Shown: positions 9,675 through 18,651 of the stretch, piece after piece | How the letters are laid out: each line of letters opens with the position of its first letter | Position numbering within the stretch: position 1 is the stretch's first letter | NCBI GenBank assembly: GCA_035656275.1 | Contig: DASRSW010000001.1 | Coordinates: forward strand, 3,490 to 67,489 | Source: Thermoplasmata archaeon | GTDB taxonomy: Archaea; Thermoplasmatota; Thermoplasmata; Lutacidiplasmatales; UBA184 | Reading direction: 5' to 3' | DNA length: 64,000 bases | The notes under the pieces: generated by a model | What the model was told of the DNA's origin: nothing | The model's database searches: none | Seen by the model: the letters and a program-made list of their open reading frames with translations, nothing else | Made by a program: the position numbers and the translations under genes

Positions 9675-12615
9675 GCCCGGCGACGTCCCATCGGCGCCAA
9701 CCGTCCTCTTCTGCCCCCGCCGCATCGGCTTCGACGAGATCCACCCGGTCGGCGAGGAGCTCCGCCTTTATCCGGTCGGTGGCGCCTCGGATCGCGGTCT
9801 GAAGGTCCCCTGCGGCGGCCAGCTCGACGGTGATCCGGTCGGTGAACTGGAGGCCCAGCTCCTTCCGCATCATCTGCAGCCGACGCAGCGTTTCCCGGAC
9901 GAGTCCCTCCTGCCGGAGTTCGGGGGTCGGGGTGCGGCTCAGCGCCCAGGCGACCCCGTTAGGATCGGTGCGTAGCACCCACTTTGATTCGGGGAACTCG
10001 GCGAGCTTCGACGGCTCGACCCGCCGGTACTCGAGGACGTTCAGCTCGTCGGTGAGGAGTCGCAGGCCTTCCGGTCCGAGCGACTCGAAGGACGCGGCCG
10101 CGGGTGCGAACCGCACGAAGGTCGAGAGCGGGATACGGGACTTGACCTGCGCCCGCTGCCTCAGCTCGCGGCCCACCTCGACCTCGTCGCGGAGGTCGCG
10201 GACGGCCCCTTCGAGGTCGGGGTCCCGTCGTCCCAGCGCTCGCGGCCATCCGCCGAGGTGGACGGAGTCGGCGGCGCGGGCGTACCCGAGCTCGTGGAGC
10301 TCCTGGTGGAGGAACTCCGCCGTGAACGGGGCATACGGGGCCAACACCCGGGCGAGGGTGTCCAGCGTGAACGACAGCGTGGCGTTCGCGTCGGCGCGGT
10401 CCGTCCCGCTCGCGTCCGACCAGAATCGGGGGCGGGAACGCCGAAGGTACCAGGTCGAGAGATCGTCCACGAAATCTCGCAGCGCCAGCGCCCCCGGACG
10501 CGGGTCGAACCCGGCGAGCGACCGGTCGACGCTCTGGACGACTCCGTCCAACCGGGAGAGGAGCCAGCGGTCGAGGAGGTGGGCCGACGTCGGCGGCGCC
10601 CGGGCGGCCGTCAGATGGTCGGCCCGGGCGTTCGAGAGGTGGAACTGGGCGACATTGAGGAGGGTCGTGACCGTGCGCCCCGCCAGGTGACGCACCGTCG
10701 TCTCCCCGACGCGCATCGGCTCGGTGAAGTCCGTCGCCAGGAACGACCAGCGGACCGCGTCGCCGCCGTGCCGACGGAGAAGCTCGAGGGGCTCGACGAC
10801 GTTCCCACGCGACTTCGACATCTTCCGGCCCTGGTCGTCCAGCACGAGGCCGTTCGTGACACAGACGCGGTACGCCGGTCGGTCGAAGAGTCCCGCGGCG
10901 AGAACGAGGAGCGTGTAGAACCATCCCCGAGTCTGGTCCAGGCCCTCGGCAATGTAGTCGAGCGGCACCTCGGGGAGGAACGGTCCGTCCACGAACGGAT
11001 AATGGTACTGGGCGAACGGCGCGGCGCCACTATCGTACCACCCGTCGATCGTGTACGGCTCGCGCACGGACGGCTTTCCGCACTGGGTGCACGGGAGCCG
11101 GAGCGGGTCGACCTCGACCCGGTGCGGGTCGAACCCCGGGGGGAGGGGCGTTCCGTGTCGCTCGGCCAGCTCCGCGAGGCTCCCGACGCACGTGATGTGG
11201 CCGTCGGGGCACTGCCAGATCGGAAGCGGGGTTCCCCAGTAGCGGTTCCGGGACAGCGCCCAGTCCTTCGCCTCGGTGAGGAAGTTCCCGAACCGCCCCT
11301 CTCTCAGGTGCGCGGGGATCCAGGTGACCGTCGCGTTGTGCGCCCGCAAGCGGTCGGAAAAGCGCGACGTGCGGACGAACCAGGAATCGAGCGCCCGGTA
11401 GATGAGCGGCGTGTCGCACCGCCAGCAGAACGGGTAGGTGTGCTTCAGGGTCGTGCGGTGCACGAGCTGCTGGTGCTCGGTGAGGGTCTCGAGAAGGAGC
11501 GGGTCGGCGGCCTTGAACGACTTTCCAGCGACCGGGGGCACCTGGTCGGTGAACCGCCCGCGGCTGTCGAGCGGGTCGAAGAACCCCACGCCCTCCCGCT
11601 CCCCCACGCGCTGGTCGTCCGGTCCGAAGCTGGGAGCGATGTGGACGAACCCCGTGCCTTCGGTGGCCTCGACCATGTCGTCCAGCACCACGCGGTAGCG
11701 CCCCGGCCCGGGCCCGGCGTAGGGGAACAGCGGCTCGTACTCGAGCCCCAGGAGCTCCGCCCCTTTCCATCGACCGACGACCTCGGCCTCGGGCTGGTAA
11801 CGGGGACGGGCCGCCTCGGCGAGGAGGTACTCGCTCCCGTCCTTCCCGCGGACCGCGACGTACTCGAGGCTCGCCCGCGCGGCGATGAGGAGGTTCGCCG
11901 GCAGCGTCCACGGGGTCGTGGTCCAGACGAGCAGGTAGCGGGCCGGGCCGTCCGCAAGGCCCTTCACCCGGAATCGAACGGTGACCGAGGGGTCGGTCGC
12001 CTCCTTGTATCCCTGTGCCACCTCGTGGGAGGAGAGCGGGGTCTCGCAGCGCGGGCAGTACGGAAGGCAGTAGTACCCCTTTTCGAGCAGTCCCCGGTCG
12101 TAGAGCGTCTTCAGCGACCACCAGACGCTCTCGATGTACTCCGGAGACATCGTGGCGTAGGCGTGGTCGTAGTCGAGCCAGTAGCCGAGCCGCCGGCTCA
12201 TCTCCTCAAAGAGGCCCACGGCGGAGCGTACGCTCGCCCGGCACTCGTCACAGAAGCGCGCGACGCCGAACGCCTCGATCTCCTTCTTCGACTTGAGCCC
12301 GTGCTTCTTCTCGATCTCGAGCTCGACCGGGAGCCCGTGGCAGTCCCAGCCGCCCATCGAGCTCACGATGGCATGCCCGGTCATCCGCCGATACCGCAGC
12401 TGAACGTCCTTCAGGACTCGGCTGATCACGTGGCCGAGATGCGGCGCGCCGTTCGCCGTCATCGGGCCCTCCGTGAACCGAAAGACCGGGCCGGTGGGCG
12501 TCCCCGGAAGGGCGAGCTGGGGGACCCCCGTCCTCGCCCAGTACTCGAGGACGCGTCGCTCCACCTCCGTGAGCGAGGGCGTCGCGGAGGTACCGTCGGA
12601 CTCCGTCGGGGGCAT
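9637..12615 (-). CDS. ileS: Isoleucyl-tRNA synthetase
   Basis: About 992 aa from ATG 12615 (the track ORF uses upstream start 12696). It has the class I HIGH-type motif PHLGHV, the KMSKS motif (GRKMSKSRGN), an editing-domain-sized insertion, and Cys pairs in the zinc-binding region. Confidence 0.95.
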   Translation of the reverse strand: MPPTESDGTSATPSLTEVERRVLEYWARTGVPQLALPGTPTGPVFRFTEGPMTANGAPHLGHVISRVLKDVQLRYRRMTGHAIVSSMGGWDCHGLPVELEIEKKHGLKSKKEIEAFGVARFCDECRASVRSAVGLFEEMSRRLGYWLDYDHAYATMSPEYIESVWWSLKTLYDRGLLEKGYYCLPYCPRCETPLSSHEVAQGYKEATDPSVTVRFRVKGLADGPARYLLVWTTTPWTLPANLLIAARASLEYVAVRGKDGSEYLLAEAARPRYQPEAEVVGRWKGAELLGLEYEPLFPYAGPGPGRYRVVLDDMVEATEGTGFVHIAPSFGPDDQRVGEREGVGFFDPLDSRGRFTDQVPPVAGKSFKAADPLLLETLTEHQQLVHRTTLKHTYPFCWRCDTPLIYRALDSWFVRTSRFSDRLRAHNATVTWIPAHLREGRFGNFLTEAKDWALSRNRYWGTPLPIWQCPDGHITCVGSLAELAERHGTPLPPGFDPHRVEVDPLRLPCTQCGKPSVREPYTIDGWYDSGAAPFAQYHYPFVDGPFLPEVPLDYIAEGLDQTRGWFYTLLVLAAGLFDRPAYRVCVTNGLVLDDQGRKMSKSRGNVVEPLELLRRHGGDAVRWSFLATDFTEPMRVGETTVRHLAGRTVTTLLNVAQFHLSNARADHLTAARAPPTSAHLLDRWLLSRLDGVVQSVDRSLAGFDPRPGALALRDFVDDLSTWYLRRSRPRFWSDASGTDRADANATLSFTLDTLARVLAPYAPFTAEFLHQELHELGYARAADSVHLGGWPRALGRRDPDLEGAVRDLRDEVEVGRELRQRAQVKSRIPLSTFVRFAPAAASFESLGPEGLRLLTDELNVLEYRRVEPSKLAEFPESKWVLRTDPNGVAWALSRTPTPELRQEGLVRETLRRLQMMRKELGLQFTDRITVELAAAGDLQTAIRGATDRIKAELLADRVDLVEADAAGAEEDGWRRWDVAGLTLAGRVRKNAR

Positions 12616-12662
12616 GGTCCGCGCCGAGAGAGGGCAGGGAGATAAAGGGCGCTTCGAACGGA

Positions 12663-13418
12663 CTAACGCGACAGCCCCGGCGGGAGCGGCTCCCACGCGC
12701 GGGCCCCGACGTACGCGCTCCGGTGCCGGCGGACGACCTGGCCCTCGAGGCGGGTCACGTGGGCATCCGCGCCCAGGCGAACCCGGTCTGCCCTCAGGTA
12801 CTCGCAGTCGACCCCTTCGATTTCGACCTCCGACGCCTCGATCCGGTCGATGACGAGGAGGCTCCCCCGGGTCGAGGGCAGCGAGGCCCGCACGATCCGT
12901 ACGTGCTGGGAGTGAAGCGAGCCGATGCGGGAGGCGTGGCGGAGGCGCCCTTCGACGACCGGGCAGTCGAGGACACCGGGGACCTCAAGGCCCCCGTCGA
13001 ACTGGAGGCTCCGCGCCGAGAGGTTTCCGCCGACCTCGAGCCGGCCGCGGATGCGTCCGTCGCCGTCCACCGTGGCGTTCGCCGCGACCTTGAGGTGCCC
13101 GTGGACGGTGAGGTCGCCCACGAGCAATCCGGCGAGGAGCGTGGCGGTCCCGCGGAACGTGCCGTCCGTCTTCACGACGACGTCCTTGCCCACGTCCAGC
13201 GTACCGTCGGCGAGCAGCTTTTCGACCGTGAGCCGCCCGCCGATCGTGCCAAACCCCTTGAGCGCGAACTCGACCGCGCCGAGGTCTCCAACGACCTTCA
13301 CGGCACCGCGCGCCCGATAACGGCGGGCTCGCACGCTTTCCCGACGGGTCCCGCCCGTGTCCTCGAGATCGCCTGTGAGGGGAGGGGGGGCCGGGGCTGC
13401 CGGTACGACCGAGGCCAC
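12663..13418 (-). CDS. Bactofilin-like (DUF583) polymer-forming beta-helix protein
   Basis: 251 aa with a GTG start and no TM helix. A long run of short G/V/D/L-rich beta-strand repeats (VVGDLGAVEFALKGFGTIGGRLTVEKLLADGTLDVGKDVVVKTDGTFRG...VDGDGRIRGRLEVGGNLSA) resembles bactofilins. Confidence 0.6.
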   Translation of the reverse strand: MASVVPAAPAPPPLTGDLEDTGGTRRESVRARRYRARGAVKVVGDLGAVEFALKGFGTIGGRLTVEKLLADGTLDVGKDVVVKTDGTFRGTATLLAGLLVGDLTVHGHLKVAANATVDGDGRIRGRLEVGGNLSARSLQFDGGLEVPGVLDCPVVEGRLRHASRIGSLHSQHVRIVRASLPSTRGSLLVIDRIEASEVEIEGVDCEYLRADRVRLGADAHVTRLEGQVVRRHRSAYVGARAWEPLPPGLSR

Positions 13419-13428
13419 CGGGCCGCTC

Positions 13429-13863
13429 CTACCCCGCCGAGGATTTCGGCGGAATGCGGAGTCGGCGATGCTGCACCATGATGCAGAGATTCTGGACCAC
13501 AGGAACGCCGCGCGCCTCGGCGCTCGTCGCCGCCTCGGGGTTCTCGACGCCGAGCTGCATCCAAATGGACCCGACGCCGCGCTCCAGTCCCTCGGCGACT
13601 ACGGGGGCGACCTGGTCGCTTCGGCGGAAGATGTCCAGAATGTCGATGGTCACGCCCGGGGGTACGGTGGTGACGCTCGGGTAGGACGTCTCGCCCAGGA
13701 CTTCCGTCAGCATCGGGTTCACAGGGATCACCCGGTACCCGACCGACTGGAGGTAGCGAGCGACCTCGTTCGAATCCCTCTCGGGTTTGTCGGAGAGGCC
13801 CACCACCGCGATCGTGCGGGCGCCGGTCAGGAGCCGGCGCAGGTCGTCGTCGGAGGGGGCCAT
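13429..13863 (-). CDS. CoA-binding domain protein (YccU/YneT-like)
   Basis: 144 aa from ATG 13863: ...RTIAVVGLSDKPERDSNEVARYLQSVGYRVIPVNP...IDILDIFRRSD...IWMQLG. The upstream part of track ORF 13429..14559 is an artefact overlapping the CPBP gene. Confidence 0.8.
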   Translation of the reverse strand: MAPSDDDLRRLLTGARTIAVVGLSDKPERDSNEVARYLQSVGYRVIPVNPMLTEVLGETSYPSVTTVPPGVTIDILDIFRRSDQVAPVVAEGLERGVGSIWMQLGVENPEAATSAEARGVPVVQNLCIMVQHRRLRIPPKSSAG

Positions 13864-13886
13864 CGGGCCAAGGAGTCCAACTCGCC

Positions 13887-14840
13887 TCAAGAGGGTAACG
13901 CTTGCCCGCGACCGGTTCCGAGGGGCGGCGGGGGCGGAGGAGGCGGCGGGAGGGGCGGCCATGCGGGGGGAGCGAACCCCCAGGGCGCCGGTGGAGGGGG
14001 CGGCGGACGCGCCGCCCGGGCGCCCGGACCGACTCCCGCAGCATGGAGGATCCCGATGACCGCGCCTACGAGCACAATCCCATAGTGGAGCCCAAGGGCG
14101 CCCGTGGGGGAGAGGATCGAGAGGAACCCCGCGGCGTCGTTGAGTCCGTGAAGGGCGATCACGACCACGAGATTCCCTCCCGAGGCCTGGTACGTGGCCG
14201 CAAACGCGAATCCGAGGAGGAAGAGGGTGGGGTAGACGAACGGCGAAGCCGGCCCATACGTCTGCGCATAGTACACATGGACCCCCGCAAAGACGAGGCT
14301 CGTCCACGTCGCGTGAACGACCCACGAGGTCCCCGGTCGATCCCTCCAGAACCCGAAAAGCCAGCCCCGAAAGATCGTCTCCTCGCAGGCACCGACGAGG
14401 AACGAAAGGCCGACGTACAGCCACGGGTTCGTGCTCGCCTGCTGGAGCACCGGGTTCGGCCGCCGGAGGAAATCTAGGGCCCCCGGGTCCAGGGCGGTGT
14501 AGACGATGACTAGGACGAAGCTGATGAGGAGTCCCAAGAGGGAGAGGAGACCGTACCACCGCAATCCCTCCCAGGTGGCGCGTCCCATCCGGGCCGCGAA
14601 GGCGCTGAGCGGGGCACGGCCGACGAGCAGGGAGAACGCCACGAGGGGGATGCCATACACGATCCCCAAGCCTCCGAGGAGGCTCCCGTAAATCGGGCGC
14701 AGGGCCGGGACGGCCTGCGGCACGAAGTACTGACTCAACACCGCCAGCACTGTCACCGCGGCGGCCAGGGCGTAGGGGCCGAGCGGGGGCGGTTCGCTCC
14801 CGCCGGTGGTGGGCGAGCCCGCGAAGGCCCCCGAGGACAT
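13887..14840 (-). CDS. CPBP (CAAX/Abi) family intramembrane metalloprotease
   Basis: 317 aa and polytopic. Motifs are EETIFRGW (EExxxR), FAGVH (FxxxH) and ALHGLND. It has an unusual Pro-rich C-terminal tail (...PPLPPPPPPPPPLGTG...). Confidence 0.75.
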   Translation of the reverse strand: MSSGAFAGSPTTGGSEPPPLGPYALAAAVTVLAVLSQYFVPQAVPALRPIYGSLLGGLGIVYGIPLVAFSLLVGRAPLSAFAARMGRATWEGLRWYGLLSLLGLLISFVLVIVYTALDPGALDFLRRPNPVLQQASTNPWLYVGLSFLVGACEETIFRGWLFGFWRDRPGTSWVVHATWTSLVFAGVHVYYAQTYGPASPFVYPTLFLLGFAFAATYQASGGNLVVVIALHGLNDAAGFLSILSPTGALGLHYGIVLVGAVIGILHAAGVGPGARAARPPPPPPAPWGFAPPAWPPLPPPPPPPPPLGTGRGQALPS

Positions 14841-14905
14841 GCGGGGGCCTACGCCTCCTCCCTTATCTTCCCGGCGGGACGTGGTGGGCTCGAGGGCACG
14901 CTCGA

Positions 14906-16717
14906 GTGTTCGCCGTGATGTTAAAGGTCGTTCCCGACCTCGACCAGCTCCGATTCGACCCCCAGCGGAAGACGGTGATCCGGGACGGGGCCCAACTGTA
15001 TGCGAACCCGTTCGACCAGCGCGCGCTGAGGGTGGCCCTCGACCTCCGCCGCCCGGGCGAGTCGGTCGTCGTCCTCTCGATGGGCCCGCCGTCCGCGGAG
15101 GCCGCGCTCCGGGAGGGGATCGCCCTCGGAGCCGACCGGGCGCTGCTCGTCACGGATCCGCTCCTGGCGGGTTCGGACACCCTCGTGACCGCGCGAACGC
15201 TCGCCCGAGCGCTGAGCCGGGTCGACCACCGGGTCGTGCTTACCGGAATGTGGACCACCGACTCCGAAACGGGCCAGGTGCCCCCACAGATCGCCGGCCT
15301 CCTGGGAGTTCCCGTCGTGACGGCCGTCCAGGCGATCCGCCGGGATTCGGACGGACCCGGCTTCGAACTTACCTCGGATACACCCCACGGCTGGACCCTG
15401 CGACGCCTCGCCGCCCCCTGTGTGGTCGCCGTCGGGGAAAAGATCGCGAAGCTCAAACGACCGACGCCGAGCGAGGTCGCGGCCGTCGCTCCGGAACGGG
15501 TCGAACGACTGACCCTGGCGGACCTCGGGCTCCACCCCGACCAGGTGGGCCTGGCCGCCTCGCCCACCGTCGTCGAATCGATCGTCAATGCGGCGCCCGA
15601 GCGTCATCCATTGCTGCTCGATTCGGGCACCGTCGCGGAACGCGTAGCGAAGGCGATCGCCCGACTCCAGGAGGTCCTGAGCGCGGCCCCGTCCGTCGTG
15701 CCTCCCCTCCCGCCCCGTGGTGGCCCCCTCGGCGAGTCGGACGAGGTCCTCCTTCTGGTGACGAATGCCGAGGGGAGCCTCGAGGAGGCGGTGCTCCCGA
15801 TCGTCGCCGGTGTACGCCGGCACCTGCCGCCCTTCTGGCCCTCGGCGGTCTGGATCGGTCCGCCGCCCCCAGCGGGGGCGTGCCGAGCGCTCTCCGAGGC
15901 CGGCGCGCTCCGACTTCGGACCGTAGAGACTTCCGCCCCCGTCGGCGCAAGAACGGGGGCGTTGGCTTTCGAGGCGACGCTCCGAGCCTCTCCGAGGTCC
16001 GCCGCGGTGGCGTTCCTCGCCGACTCCTTCGGCCGAGAGGTCGCGGGCCAGGTCGCGGCGCGCAACGGCCTTGGCCTTACGGGAGACGCAGTAGGATTCT
16101 ACTTGGGAACTGACGGGGAGGTCCGCTGGCGCAAGCCCGCCTTCGGGGGCGGGATCTTGGCGGACATCCGGTCGAGGAGCCGTCCGTCCCTCGCGACCGT
16201 ACGTCCTGGAGTCCTGGAAGGCGGGGCGGCACCGGATTCGAGCCCGCTCGCGCCGGAACGCCTCTCCGCGACGCTGCCGGAAGAGGCCGTACAGGAGCTG
16301 GACTCCGGCCGCGAACCGGTGGGGCCGTGGGGCGACCTCGACGCGGCCCGTGTCGTGGTCACGGTCGGGATGGGGCTCGGGGGACCGGAGCGCCTTCGAG
16401 AGATCGCCCCCCTGCTCGAACAGACCGGGGCCGCGCTCGCCGCGACCCGTCGGGTCGTGGACGCGGGCTGGGTCCCGCGTCGCCTTCAGGTGGGGCTCAC
16501 CGGACGCTCGCTCGCCCCCGAATTGGTGGTGCTGCTCGGGGTAAGCGGGGCTGTCAACCACCTCATCGGGTGGAAGCGGGCGCGGGCGATCCTCGCCGTG
16601 AACGTCGACCCGAAGGCGCCGGTGCTCCGCGCCGTGGACGTGGCGATTGTCGGCCGCTGGGAGGAGTTCGTGGGACCGCTTTCCGACTCCCTTGCGCCGC
16701 TGGCCCGTCGGTCCTGA
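14906..16717 (+). CDS. Electron transfer flavoprotein, beta and alpha subunits fused in one polypeptide
   Basis: 603 aa with a GTG start. The first ~250 aa look like ETF-beta (FAVMLKVVPDLDQLRFD..., PFDQRALRVAL, GQVPPQIAGLLGVP). The C-terminal part is ETF-alpha (VVVTVGMGLGGPE...AATRRVVDAGWVPRRLQVGLTGRSLAPELVVLLGVSGAVNHL...ILAVNVDPKAPV). Confidence 0.85.
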   Translation: MFAVMLKVVPDLDQLRFDPQRKTVIRDGAQLYANPFDQRALRVALDLRRPGESVVVLSMGPPSAEAALREGIALGADRALLVTDPLLAGSDTLVTARTLARALSRVDHRVVLTGMWTTDSETGQVPPQIAGLLGVPVVTAVQAIRRDSDGPGFELTSDTPHGWTLRRLAAPCVVAVGEKIAKLKRPTPSEVAAVAPERVERLTLADLGLHPDQVGLAASPTVVESIVNAAPERHPLLLDSGTVAERVAKAIARLQEVLSAAPSVVPPLPPRGGPLGESDEVLLLVTNAEGSLEEAVLPIVAGVRRHLPPFWPSAVWIGPPPPAGACRALSEAGALRLRTVETSAPVGARTGALAFEATLRASPRSAAVAFLADSFGREVAGQVAARNGLGLTGDAVGFYLGTDGEVRWRKPAFGGGILADIRSRSRPSLATVRPGVLEGGAAPDSSPLAPERLSATLPEEAVQELDSGREPVGPWGDLDAARVVVTVGMGLGGPERLREIAPLLEQTGAALAATRRVVDAGWVPRRLQVGLTGRSLAPELVVLLGVSGAVNHLIGWKRARAILAVNVDPKAPVLRAVDVAIVGRWEEFVGPLSDSLAPLARRS

Positions 16718-16945
16718 CGGAAGCGTGGGGGAGCGGGAGCGCCAGGGTCGCCTCCGCGGTGGCCAGGCAGCCCAGGAGGTCGTCGAGCGTGGCCCGGGCC
16801 TGTCCGGCGGAAGTCGAGACCACGTGGAATCGCAGACGCGCGCCCGTACGTTCGGCGCGAACGAACTCCCCCTGGTCCGCCGCGAGCGCCCGACGCAGCC
16901 GCTCTGCCTCGGCCGCGGAACGATAGCGGCGTTCGAGGTCGACGG

Positions 16946-17929
16946 TTACGTCGATGGCTCGTCGCTCCCCCGGCGCTTGGGCGCGGGTGGGGCGGCCCCG
17001 GGGCCCCGCTCGAGCGCGCCGGTCACGGTGGGGGCGGTCCGACTGCGGCGGAGCATCTCTTCGTGGGTCCGCTCCTTGAGGTACGTCAGGATCGACGGCC
17101 AGACCTTCTGGTCGGTCCGAGCCTTGTTCTCGAAATTGTTGACGGAGAGGAACTTCTCGAAGGCGGCCGAGGTCGGGGCGTCCCAGCGGGCCGTGAGGCG
17201 GCCGGAATAGAATCCGAGGACCGAAAGCTCCTGCTGGACGGCCGCGGCGGTCTCGCCCTCGAGGGGCACGAGCGTCGCCGGGTCTTCGCGCGTCAGCATC
17301 GTGAGGTCGTAGAGCTTGAAGACCCGCTTCAGTTCCTCGATGGGGGACGGGTGGTCGTCGACCCGGACATCGACCCACCGGTCGCTGCCCGCATCGTAGC
17401 CGCCTTCGGCGCGCACGATGAGGAGCGCGGCCGACTGCATGCCGCGACGGTCCCCTCCCTCGCGCTGGCCGGCGGCGAGCGCGGCGAGGAGCCGCTCGGG
17501 AAGGTCGCCGGGAGTCGTTTCGTAGCTGCGCGCCATAGCCTCCACCACCGTCGACCCGAAGAGGATGTTCCCCTGGCAGGCGAACCCCTCGCCGACGCGG
17601 TGCCCGGCCCAGTCCAGACAGCTCTTCCCCGTGAAGGCAGCCGCGCGACCCTTCGCGTCGACGACCCCCAGCTGACGGTGGTCGTGCTTCGCATCGGCGT
17701 GAGTGAGCTTGCGGACCGTCTCCTCCGCCGAGGTCCCTTTCTCGAGGAGCGCGAGCCCGTCGGGGCCGTAACGGACGTTGGCCAGCGCCTGCGTGGCGAT
17801 CGCTCCGACGGGAGCGCGTGCCCAGGGCACGACCGCGCCGACGGCGATGAATCGGGACTGGACCGCGACGCCCCATTCCCCGCGGTTGGCGTCGTGCGCG
17901 ACGATGGAGAAGGTGCCGAAGCGGACCAT
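16946..17929 (-). CDS. DUF1028 Ntn-hydrolase-fold protein with C-terminal peptidoglycan-binding-like domain
   Basis: 327 aa. It has the MVRFGTFSIVAHD N-terminus and QGNILFG, GGDRRGMQSAALLIV in the DUF1028 core. The C-terminal VQQELSVLGFYSGRLTARWDAPTSAAFEKFLSVNNFENK resembles the PG_binding_2 module. Confidence 0.8.
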   Translation of the reverse strand: MVRFGTFSIVAHDANRGEWGVAVQSRFIAVGAVVPWARAPVGAIATQALANVRYGPDGLALLEKGTSAEETVRKLTHADAKHDHRQLGVVDAKGRAAAFTGKSCLDWAGHRVGEGFACQGNILFGSTVVEAMARSYETTPGDLPERLLAALAAGQREGGDRRGMQSAALLIVRAEGGYDAGSDRWVDVRVDDHPSPIEELKRVFKLYDLTMLTREDPATLVPLEGETAAAVQQELSVLGFYSGRLTARWDAPTSAAFEKFLSVNNFENKARTDQKVWPSILTYLKERTHEEMLRRSRTAPTVTGALERGPGAAPPAPKRRGSDEPST

Positions 17930-17962
17930 CGGGGGTCGACGGGCGGACCCCCGGTGGGCTCT

Positions 17963-18550
17963 TTAAGGCTCGCCGGCGGGGATCGGTGCCGACAGCTCGA
18001 TTGTGGCGGCGGGGGAACGATGGCCCCGCGGGCTCTCCGGCGAACCCGTCGCGGAACCCGCGCGCGCCCGAAGGTCGCGGGCGATCGATTCCCCGAGCGC
18101 GGTCAGCTGGTAGACCTTGAGGCGTTGGGGTTGCCCGCGGACGTGGGTCCGCATCTCGAGGACCGCATCTCCGTCCACGAGCCGCTGGAGCACCCGTGCG
18201 AGCGTGGGCTGGGAAGTCGTCAGCGCCCGAGCCATGCCGGCCTGGGTGAGCTCGGGAGGCGCCACGTCCCCGTAGGCGAGCCGGGGTTGACGTGAGAGAT
18301 GGAGGACGACCCGCTGCGAGATCCGCAGGGTGCCCCGGCGTCCCGCGTCCGACGGGGCGGAGACGGCGGGGGGCCGGGGCGACAGCGAGGGGACAGCGGA
18401 GCTCTCTGGCGCCGGCGGGCGCGGCGGTGGGTCCGCTCCGTCGACGGCGGATTCGGGGCGGACCCGACGGGCTACCCACCAGGCGAGCGAGGCGACCACG
18501 AGTCCTCCCAGGAAGGCGGCGAGGGGGAGAAGCCAGTCGTCGAGCGTCAT
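17963..18550 (-). CDS. Membrane-anchored winged-helix (wHTH) putative transcription regulator
   Basis: 195 aa. It has an N-terminal hydrophobic helix (LLPLAAFLGGLVVASLAWWVA), a Pro-rich linker, then ISQRVVLHLSRQ...LTQAGMARALTTSQPTLARVLQRLVDGDAVLEMR...KVYQLTALGESIA. Confidence 0.55.
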   Translation of the reverse strand: MTLDDWLLPLAAFLGGLVVASLAWWVARRVRPESAVDGADPPPRPPAPESSAVPSLSPRPPAVSAPSDAGRRGTLRISQRVVLHLSRQPRLAYGDVAPPELTQAGMARALTTSQPTLARVLQRLVDGDAVLEMRTHVRGQPQRLKVYQLTALGESIARDLRARAGSATGSPESPRGHRSPAATIELSAPIPAGEP

Positions 18551-18651
18551 CGGCCGTTCCCCCCAGCCCCGGCCGCCGTTTCAAGCGCCGGGTCGCTCGC
18601 GCCGGGCGTGCGGGCCCGCGAACGCAGGCCGCATCCGTCGCCGGACAGGGC

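Noticed and set aside
10258-12645. 795-aa plus-strand ORF
   Set aside because: It is antisense to ileS, whose frame carries the HIGH and KMSKS motifs. Its product is Arg/Gly/Pro/Glu-rich with no motif. This is the typical shadow ORF of a high-GC gene.
13768-13781. tRNA T-loop-like GTTCGAATC
   Set aside because: The flanking five-mers (CCTCG / CCCTC) cannot pair to form a T-stem, and no acceptor or anticodon arms are evident. It lies inside the CoA-binding protein gene. I found no tRNA elsewhere by eye, but a tRNAscan run would be decisive.
14921-16561. 546-aa minus-strand ORF
   Set aside because: It is antisense to the fused ETF gene, which has clear beta and alpha subunit motifs. Its composition is junk-like.
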